Assembly: GCA_027488435.1 (NCBI GenBank)
Contig: JAIYBR010000058.1
Location: 1 to 55,432 of the forward strand
Direction: 5' to 3'
From: Flavobacteriales bacterium
GTDB lineage: Bacteria > Bacteroidota > Bacteroidia > Flavobacteriales_D > Sanyastnellaceae
DNA length: 55,432 nt
Both the position numbers and the translations under genes were made by a program. The notes under the pieces are model-generated. The model ran no database searches. It saw only the letters and a list, made by a program, of their open reading frames with translations, and was not told the origin of the DNA. Positions 48,373 to 55,432 of the stretch are shown one piece after another (position 1 is the first letter of the stretch; every line of letters starts with the position of its first letter).

Positions 48373-49088
48373 GGAGCGAGCAGTTCACGTTTATAGAGAC
48401 TTACAGTGTTCTCCAGTCCCCAATAAAGCGCATCGCTAATGAGGGCATGACCTATTGAAACCTCTAGCAAACCAGGTAAGCAATTCGAGAAATAGCGGAG
48501 ATTTTCGAATGACAGGTCGTGCCCTGCATTCAATCCGAGTTGAAGCTTCTGCGCTTCTGTCGCCGTCAGTACAAAAGGCCGAATTGCCTCTTCTTTGTTT
48601 TTCGAATATCCGTTGGCGTATGACTCTGTATACAATTCAATGCGGTCGGTGCCGGTGGAAGCTGCGTGACTGACCAACTCTGGAACAGCATCCAGAAAAA
48701 TACTCACTCGAATACCGGCGCTTTTCAATTCAGCAACTATCCCTTTCAAAAAATCTTGATATTTCACAACATCCCATCCGGCATTAGAGGTGATGGCATC
48801 GGGCGGATCGGGGACGAGTGTTACCTGATGAGGCTTAACCTGCAACACCAGATCCATGAAATCGGCCGAAGGATAACCCTCCACATTGAATTCGGTTGTT
48901 ATTGCCTCCTTCAATAGGTAAACATCACTCCGGCGAATATGCCTTTCATCGGGACGTGGATGAACCGTAATTCCGTCTGCACCATAACGCTCTATTCTGC
49001 GCGCGGCCTCCACAACATCGGGCACATTCCCGCCCCTTGCATTGCGCAGTGTAGCTATCTTGTTGATGTTTACACTCAGTTTTTTCAT
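48369..49088 (-). CDS. pdxJ: Pyridoxine 5'-phosphate synthase
   Basis: The ATG at 49088 gives [20 protein letters not shown]...[13 protein letters not shown]...ELYT...NAGHDL...VSIGHALI. The ORF-track start is 49133. Confidence 0.95.
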   Translation of the reverse strand: MKKLSVNINKIATLRNARGGNVPDVVEAARRIERYGADGITVHPRPDERHIRRSDVYLLKEAITTEFNVEGYPSADFMDLVLQVKPHQVTLVPDPPDAITSNAGWDVVKYQDFLKGIVAELKSAGIRVSIFLDAVPELVSHAASTGTDRIELYTESYANGYSKNKEEAIRPFVLTATEAQKLQLGLNAGHDLSFENLRYFSNCLPGLLEVSIGHALISDALYWGLENTVSLYKRELLAP

Positions 49089-49285
49089 GACATCGTATTC
49101 GTGGCAAAGAAACGAGCATATAGACCGACTCAAAACAAGTCAGCACATTGATTTCAATTCATTTCATTCCTTTCATCGGACGAATGTGAATAAGTTGGCA
49201 ATTTTTATCGGCTGTATTCAGCGAATGCTGCAACTTTTACAAAGTCTGTTAGGTTTAACAGCTTGAAACCCTCAATAAACACCCG

Positions 49286-49942
49286 ATGATTACGGCACGA
49301 AAACTTCTTATTTCCGATGTACCATCCCTTTGCGCGAGCGACGAACCGATGGGAGCGTTGGACTTGATGGATCAATTTCGCATCGCACATTTGCCTGTTG
49401 TTGAAAATGGGAAGCTGCTCGGTCTTATCGCGGAAGATTCCTTGATGGAGCTTGAAAATCTGCAAGGCGACCCGACCGGTTTACCGCTAATTAAAGCCAC
49501 CGTAAATCCAGACACGCACATTTTGGATGTACTGAAAATAGCCAGTGAGCATCGCCTGAGCATCGTACCCGTTATTGATCCGGACAACACATACCTGGGT
49601 TCTATTCGAATGGAAAATCTTGTTGAGCAATTAGCAGAAATGCAAGGTGCCAATCAACGTGGAGGAATTATCGTGCTTGAGCTGTGGGATAAAGATTACA
49701 GCATGCAGCAGATTTCGCGAATCATCGAAGAAAACAATGCAAAAATCCTGAGTACCTCACTCAGTCCAGGCGAAGGAGGTAAAGTAGAAGTTAATCTCAA
49801 AATCAATCAGCCCGACATCAACGCCATTCTGAGCAGCTTCGAGCGATTTGGCTATACCATTAAAGCATCGTATCAGGAATTGGCCTACACGGAAGACTTG
49901 CGCAAACGTTACGACGAGTTGATGAGAATCTTAAACATTTGA
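49286..49942 (+). CDS. CBS domain-containing protein
   Basis: The 218-aa ORF has two CBS motifs (HLPVVENGKLLGLIAEDSL and IVPVIDPDNTYLGSIRMENL) followed by an ACT-like C-terminus. Confidence 0.85.
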   Translation: MITARKLLISDVPSLCASDEPMGALDLMDQFRIAHLPVVENGKLLGLIAEDSLMELENLQGDPTGLPLIKATVNPDTHILDVLKIASEHRLSIVPVIDPDNTYLGSIRMENLVEQLAEMQGANQRGGIIVLELWDKDYSMQQISRIIEENNAKILSTSLSPGEGGKVEVNLKINQPDINAILSSFERFGYTIKASYQELAYTEDLRKRYDELMRILNI

Positions 49943-50028
49943 ATCATGCCATCATCATGTAAATGAATGAGAGGTGTTCGTCGGATGCGAATGGCTATTT
50001 TGTTTATTTGCAATTCAATTCAAGTACT

Positions 50029-50913
50029 GTGAAAATTGCCCTCTACGGAAAACGTTTTGACCAAGAATTTACCGACAGCATAGAAAAGCTGTTCGATGCA
50101 TTGGTGCGCCGTGGCATAGGCATATTGGTGCATGAAAAATTTTACCTGTTCCTATCCCAAAAAGTCACCTTACCCAGCACGATTGAAATTTTCAGAACAA
50201 CTGAAGATTTGCAAAATGTGTCCTATTTGCTCAGTGTAGGGGGAGATGGAACACTACTCGAAACAGCGGCGCTCATCCGGGACACGCGTATACCCGTCTT
50301 GGGCATTAATACTGGAAGACTGGGCTTCCTTTCTCCGGTTTCGGGAAATGACATTGACATGGCTATTGAAGCGCTGGTGAATAAAGATTACACCTTGGAC
50401 AAACGCTCCTTGATTGAAGTGCGCAGTGAGCAACAAGATTTTGGTGATTTTCCCTATGCATTGAATGATGTTACTCTCACGAATAAGCAGCGAAGCAGCA
50501 TGATTACTATTCATGCCTACATCAATGATCAGTTCATGAATACGTATTGGGCTGATGGACTTATAGTGGCCACACCAACCGGTTCAACGGCTTATTCGTT
50601 GAGTTGTGGCGGGCCGATTATTATGCCGGAGAGCAACAACGTTATCCTCACCCCAATCGCCCCACACAATTTAAATGTGAGGCCGTTTGTTTTGTCCAAT
50701 ACAAGCAAAGTTTCCCTTCGAGCAGAGGGCCGCGAACCACACTTCACACTCACATTGGATAGTCGCTCCTTTGTGGTTGATAATGAGACCATCATTGATT
50801 TAACCAGGGCTACTTTCGAACTATACATGATTAGTTTACCGGGTATGGGATTCTTCAACACTATTCGTCAAAAAATGGGTTGGGGTCATGATGCCCGCAC
50901 AAAACCGCGATAA
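50029..50913 (+). CDS. nadK: NAD+ kinase
   Basis: The motifs GGDGTLL, NxGxLGFL (NTGRLGFL) and TPTGSTAYSLS are present. I prefer the GTG at 50029 (VKIALYGK, giving 294 aa) over the ORF-track ATG at 49963. The choice is inferred from the usual length and N-terminus of the family. Confidence 0.88.
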   Translation: MKIALYGKRFDQEFTDSIEKLFDALVRRGIGILVHEKFYLFLSQKVTLPSTIEIFRTTEDLQNVSYLLSVGGDGTLLETAALIRDTRIPVLGINTGRLGFLSPVSGNDIDMAIEALVNKDYTLDKRSLIEVRSEQQDFGDFPYALNDVTLTNKQRSSMITIHAYINDQFMNTYWADGLIVATPTGSTAYSLSCGGPIIMPESNNVILTPIAPHNLNVRPFVLSNTSKVSLRAEGREPHFTLTLDSRSFVVDNETIIDLTRATFELYMISLPGMGFFNTIRQKMGWGHDARTKPR

Positions 50914-50953
50914 ACGGAACATTCTCACATTCTAATACGTATATCGGCAATAC

Positions 50954-51829
50954 ATGAAATCAGGTCCCGTTGTCAACGCCGTGAAATTCTTCTTCACCAT
51001 CGTGATGGCCATATCCTGTATTTCGGTATCCGCTCAGAAAAACAAATTCGAGCGAAGCAAGGACGTGGGAATTCTATTCGGCACCAGCTATTACTTGGGA
51101 GAGATAAACCCCTATGAGCACTTCGGAACACGTTTGAAAAGTGGAGGTGGCATTTCGTTTCGCAACAACTTCAATCGACGTTGGACATTAAAAACAAGCG
51201 TGCTATATCACGTCATAGATGCGCGTGACTCTGATAGTGAAGACCCATGGATCAGGAACCGAAATCTGAGTTTCCGAAACCAGATTATAGAGGGTAGCTT
51301 GCAAGGCGAACTGAACTTTTTCAACTATCAATTGGGTAATCGAAAATTTCCTTTTTCGCCATATCTTTTTGGAGGATTGGCCTATTACAGGATGCGACCC
51401 ATGGCTAATTACCGAGGCACGTGGTATGAATTACAGCCACTCGGCACAGAAGGTCAGGGAACCGAATTTGGGGAGGAACAATACAAGACCACTATGTTTT
51501 CGGTTCCGTTCGGCGTTGGAATTAAAACAAATCTATATGCCATTTTCGGTTTGAGCATAGAGTGGGGTGTTCGAAAAACATGGACCGATTACATCGACGA
51601 TATTTCCGGCAAATACATGGACCCCGAATTACTTCGAGATTACAACGGCGAGCTGGCTGCTCGCCTTGCTGATAGAAGCATTCGACAAGAGATAACAACT
51701 GTCGATGGCAGCAGCAACGGCGGACTTCAACGAGGAGATCCGGGAAGGAATGACTTTTATTTCTTCTCCATGATTTCACTCAACGTTCGCTTCGACCGGA
51801 AGGCTACCACTTGCTGGGAGCACGAATAG
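50954..51829 (+). CDS. Outer-membrane beta-barrel protein (DUF6089-like)
   Basis: A signal peptide is followed by GILFGTSYYLGEINP and an alternating beta-strand pattern. It occupies the conserved position between nadK and uppS. Confidence 0.6.
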   Translation: MKSGPVVNAVKFFFTIVMAISCISVSAQKNKFERSKDVGILFGTSYYLGEINPYEHFGTRLKSGGGISFRNNFNRRWTLKTSVLYHVIDARDSDSEDPWIRNRNLSFRNQIIEGSLQGELNFFNYQLGNRKFPFSPYLFGGLAYYRMRPMANYRGTWYELQPLGTEGQGTEFGEEQYKTTMFSVPFGVGIKTNLYAIFGLSIEWGVRKTWTDYIDDISGKYMDPELLRDYNGELAARLADRSIRQEITTVDGSSNGGLQRGDPGRNDFYFFSMISLNVRFDRKATTCWEHE

Positions 51830-51884
51830 TCGATAACTTCAATTTCCAACCTTTTTTAGCATCGAATCAGTACACATAAAGTAG

Positions 51885-51892
51885 TAAATTTG
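51885..51892 (+). promoter_or_regulatory. Candidate -7 box (TAAATTTG) upstream of uppS
   Basis: It matches TAnnTTTG and lies 36 nt upstream of the ATG at 51928. No clear -33 element is present. Confidence 0.25.
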
Positions 51893-51927
51893 CGTGCTCA
51901 ACCGTGACTTGCAAGCGGGAGAACCGA

Positions 51928-52692
51928 ATGAGTTTACTTAACCAAATCGATAAATCGCGAGCTCCTCGCCACGTTGCTATCATCATGGATGGGAACGGTC
52001 GTTGGGCAAAGAGCCAAGGGAGGGAACGAACCTTCGGTCACTATCAAGGTGTTGAATCGGTTCGTTTGGCGCTGCGAGCAGCCAAAAGCAGTGGTGTTGA
52101 GTTCTTGACTCTTTACGCATTTTCTACGGAAAACTGGAACAGACCGAAGGAAGAAGTAGATGCATTGATGAATTTATTGGTGCAGTCGATTATAGGTGAG
52201 CTGCCTGAGCTCGACGAAAATGAAGTGCGCATGCATGCCATTGGCGATTTAGACAAACTTCCCAGTGAATGTCATTCTGAACTCAAACGAGCTATCGCTC
52301 ATACCTCGACCAATAATAAGCTGAACTTAATACTAGCTCTGAACTACAGTGCTCGATGGGAAATAACGCACGCTGTAAAGCAAATTGTCGCAGAAGGTAT
52401 ACAGCCTCAAGACATCACTGACGAGCTATTTGCCAAAAAACTTTCGACAGCAGGTTTTCCGGACCCTGAACTTTTAATTCGCACAAGCGGTGAGGAGCGC
52501 ATCAGTAATTTTCTGTTGTGGCAAATCGCTTATGCAGAACTGTATTTTGTTGAAACGCTATGGCCAGATTTCAAAGAAGAGGACTTCTACGCTGCAATTG
52601 TAGATTTCCAATCGCGAGAGAGAAGGTTTGGTAAAACTTCGGAACAAATTACAGGAGACGCACTATCACCCTTCACTCCCAACGAACCATAG
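51928..52692 (+). CDS. uppS: Undecaprenyl-diphosphate synthase (isoprenyl transferase)
   Basis: The ATG at 51928 gives MSLLNQ...PRHVAIIMDGNGRWA...LTLYAFSTENWNRP...RTSGEERISNFLLWQ. The ORF-track start is 51904. Confidence 0.95.
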   Translation: MSLLNQIDKSRAPRHVAIIMDGNGRWAKSQGRERTFGHYQGVESVRLALRAAKSSGVEFLTLYAFSTENWNRPKEEVDALMNLLVQSIIGELPELDENEVRMHAIGDLDKLPSECHSELKRAIAHTSTNNKLNLILALNYSARWEITHAVKQIVAEGIQPQDITDELFAKKLSTAGFPDPELLIRTSGEERISNFLLWQIAYAELYFVETLWPDFKEEDFYAAIVDFQSRERRFGKTSEQITGDALSPFTPNEP

Positions 52693-52693
52693 C

Positions 52694-55384
52694 ATGAAAT
52701 TTAAACAGACAGAACTAGTTGCTTCACTGCAGGGGTTGTGCCTCCTGAAGTTCCGTTTTCTACTGGTTCTATTTTCACTGAGCATACTGTCCAATGTGGT
52801 TTATGGCCAAACTATTATCGGTAATCAAATAGATTACGCCGCTCCATTGAATTATAGGATAGCAGGTATCACTGTTTTAGGATCAGAGTTTACAGATGTT
52901 CAGGCCATCAAGCTATTCAGCGGATTGCAAGAAGGTGATGAAATTACCATTCCCGGAGATGAGATTACAGATGCTATTCGGAAACTCTGGAAGCAAAGGC
53001 TTTTCACTGATATTGGCATCTATGCTGCTGAGTTTCGTGGCAATGAAGTTTTTTTAGTCATTAGCTTAAGAGAGTCGCCTCGAATGACGAAATACGTTAT
53101 CAATGGCATAAAAAAATCCGAAGCCGACAATTTGCGCGAAAAGCTCGACCTGCGCACCATGACAATCAGCACAGCGAATGTTAAAAACAACGCTATTAAA
53201 ACCATCAAAGACTATTACATCGAGAAAGGCTATTACGGTGCAACGGTTAGCATCTCGGAAAGACCTGATGCCACTCTGCAAAATGGTGTTATACTGGTCT
53301 TCGATGTGAATAAAGGCAATCGCGTTAAAATTGAAGAAATTAACATTGAGGGTGCGGGTATTGCCATGGAGCAAAGAGAGCTTTTGTTTTTGAAAACTAA
53401 AAAGATGTATCCTGTGATGAGCGTAAAGGCCATCAAACGCACCATGAAGGAAACAAAAGAAAGAGGTTTTAAAAGGATTTTTAAATCGTCAAAATACCTC
53501 GACGACAAATACCAAGAAGATAAGCAGAAAATTATTGCTAAATACAACAAGAAAGGCTTCCGCAATGCCAAAATAGCGACTGACTCTGTCTACAAAATCA
53601 GCAATGACCGCATTGGCATTTATATGAAAATTGAAGAAGACAAACGCTTCTTCTTCAGAAACGTGAGCTTTGTCGGCAACACAAAATACACAACAGGCAG
53701 ACTAGACAGCGTATTGAATATACGCCGTGGTGACATCTACAACCTAGAGTTGCTCGAAACACGCCTGAATTTCAATCCCCAAGGCATTGACCTCTCGTCT
53801 CTCTATACGGATGATGGGTATTTGGCTTTCTATGCATTCCCGGTTGAAACGCTTGTGGAGCCCGACAGTATCGATATAGAAGTTCGCATGAATGAGGGAA
53901 AGCAATTTCGCATAGGACAAATAAAAGTGAGTGGGAATACGAAAACCAATGATCACGTTATATTCCGTGAGATTAGAACACGCCCCGGAGAACTTTTCAA
54001 TCGAAGCGATATTATTAGAACACAACGAGAATTGGCTTCTCTGGGCTATTTCAATCAAGAAGCATTTGACGTTCGCACTAATCCCAGACCTGAAGAAGGA
54101 CTTGTTGATTTAGAGTATGTGCTTGAAGAGAAGCCCAACGACCAAATACAGCTTAGTGGAGGTTGGGGAGGAGGAAGAGTGGTTGGTTCCTTGCAACTAA
54201 GCTTCACCAACTTCTCCATGCGCAATTTTTTCAAGAAGTCGGCATGGAGCCCTCTTCCAACCGGCGATGGTCAGAGACTATCGTTGAGTGCTTCGTCGAA
54301 CGGAGTATTCTTTCAAGCCTATAACATCTCCTTTACAGAGCCTTGGTTGGGAGGCAAGAAACCCACTTCGCTCACAGTTTCCTCGAGTATTTCAAGACAA
54401 ACCAACGGCCAACTTAAAAAACTCCGTCAAAGCGATTTAGACAACAACTCCTTTTTGCGGGACAATTACTCTGTTGGTGATCCAAATCCGAATTTACAGG
54501 AGCTGTTAGTTATTGGTGGATCTATAAACATAGGTACGCGCTTACAAAAGCCCGATGACTATTTCATTCTGTCCACCGGTGTTTCTTACCAACGATTTAT
54601 CTTGAATAACTACAGAGCATTCTTCGGAGATTTTTCCAACGGAACCGCAAATAATATTGCCTATAATTTGACGATATCAAGAAGCTCAACCAGTGAACCA
54701 ATTTATCCAACGTATGGATCACAAATAACGTTCACTTCGAAAATAACACCGCCCTACAAATTTTTCTCAGAACGCTTTGGAGGAAAGAGCTACGACTATG
54801 AAAATCTCTCTTCCGCCGATCGCTTTAAATGGGTAGAATACTACAAAATGAAGTTTACCGCCAACTGGTATACCGCACTTAACAAACACAAAGAGCGCAA
54901 GTTTGTACTTCATACCAATGTCGGCATAGGCTTCATCGGGTCATACAACAAAAACCTTGGACTCACTCCATTCGAACGCTTCTATCTTGGCGGTGTTTAC
55001 TTGAGTGGCTTCCTACTCGATGGGCGCGAAATTGTGAACTTGCGCGGCTACGACGATTTGTCACTCACATCGCCCAACCAAAATACGGGAGCGCCGGCTA
55101 TCGCCAAATACAGCGCAGAACTACGATATCCGTTGTCAACCAATCCGAGCGCAACTATTTTCATGCTGGCATTTGCAGAGGCGGGCAATACGTGGAGCGA
55201 CCTTCGGTTATTCAGTCCATACCAAGTATACCGTTCTGCAGGAACAGGGTTACGCATTTTCCTTCCCATGTTCGGATTGCTTGGCTTTGATTACGGCTGG
55301 AGACTCGACGATTTGCCTTCCTACCCCGATATGGCGCGAGGGCAATTCCACTTCTCCATCGGTATGAATATGGGAGAACTCTAG
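52694..55384 (+). CDS. bamA: Outer membrane protein assembly factor BamA
   Basis: The ATG at 52694 (MKFKQTE...) is followed by a signal sequence, POTRA repeats and a C-terminal Omp85 barrel (GxDYGW..., ending in FHFSIGMNMGEL). The gene starts immediately after uppS. The ORF-track start at 52628 overlaps uppS. Confidence 0.93.
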   Translation: MKFKQTELVASLQGLCLLKFRFLLVLFSLSILSNVVYGQTIIGNQIDYAAPLNYRIAGITVLGSEFTDVQAIKLFSGLQEGDEITIPGDEITDAIRKLWKQRLFTDIGIYAAEFRGNEVFLVISLRESPRMTKYVINGIKKSEADNLREKLDLRTMTISTANVKNNAIKTIKDYYIEKGYYGATVSISERPDATLQNGVILVFDVNKGNRVKIEEINIEGAGIAMEQRELLFLKTKKMYPVMSVKAIKRTMKETKERGFKRIFKSSKYLDDKYQEDKQKIIAKYNKKGFRNAKIATDSVYKISNDRIGIYMKIEEDKRFFFRNVSFVGNTKYTTGRLDSVLNIRRGDIYNLELLETRLNFNPQGIDLSSLYTDDGYLAFYAFPVETLVEPDSIDIEVRMNEGKQFRIGQIKVSGNTKTNDHVIFREIRTRPGELFNRSDIIRTQRELASLGYFNQEAFDVRTNPRPEEGLVDLEYVLEEKPNDQIQLSGGWGGGRVVGSLQLSFTNFSMRNFFKKSAWSPLPTGDGQRLSLSASSNGVFFQAYNISFTEPWLGGKKPTSLTVSSSISRQTNGQLKKLRQSDLDNNSFLRDNYSVGDPNPNLQELLVIGGSINIGTRLQKPDDYFILSTGVSYQRFILNNYRAFFGDFSNGTANNIAYNLTISRSSTSEPIYPTYGSQITFTSKITPPYKFFSERFGGKSYDYENLSSADRFKWVEYYKMKFTANWYTALNKHKERKFVLHTNVGIGFIGSYNKNLGLTPFERFYLGGVYLSGFLLDGREIVNLRGYDDLSLTSPNQNTGAPAIAKYSAELRYPLSTNPSATIFMLAFAEAGNTWSDLRLFSPYQVYRSAGTGLRIFLPMFGLLGFDYGWRLDDLPSYPDMARGQFHFSIGMNMGEL

Positions 55385-55432
55385 AAACATTACCTTCGTG
55401 ATTATTCTAATGAAACCTTTAGCTTCATGAAA

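Overview
This 55.4-kb window is a chromosomal segment from a Bacteroidota (Flavobacteriia-like) genome. The assignment rests on gliding/type IX secretion genes (porP-gldK-gldL), a secreted protein with a T9SS C-terminal sorting domain, typical synteny blocks (miaB/sigma-54 activator/lptE/secG/groES-groEL; rnc-fabF-acpP; pdxJ/CBS/nadK/uppS/bamA) and several TAnnTTTG-type -7 promoter motifs. About 56 protein-coding genes are packed tightly. I found no rRNA, tRNA, CRISPR array, transposase, integrase or recognisable defence gene. Roughly two thirds of the window is ordinary housekeeping DNA. Two parts deserve a second look. (1) A 17.5-kb glycan-biosynthesis locus (about 28.3-45.8 kb) begins with an unusual, minimal nonulosonic-acid-like module. 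The module has a PseG/MurG-like GT-B protein, a short cytidylyltransferase, two methyltransferases, a NeuB-type synthase lacking the SAF domain, and a translationally coupled orphan 440-aa protein that may be a new CMP-sugar transferase. Downstream are six glycosyltransferases, an acyltransferase-3, a Wzy/WaaL-like protein, a GNAT/deacetylase pair and an AsnB-like amidotransferase. The locus has no flippase, priming transferase or export genes. (2) A tightly coupled three-gene operon (18.5-21.8 kb) encodes a YfiR/DUF4154-like periplasmic protein, a secreted helical-repeat protein and a membrane HAMP-PP2C (SpoIIE) phosphatase. It resembles a YfiR-type envelope sensor rewired to a phosphatase output. 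All functional calls come from reading the translations and recognising motifs. No database search was possible, so family assignments for non-housekeeping genes are hypotheses. I did not find a clear-cut novel system.
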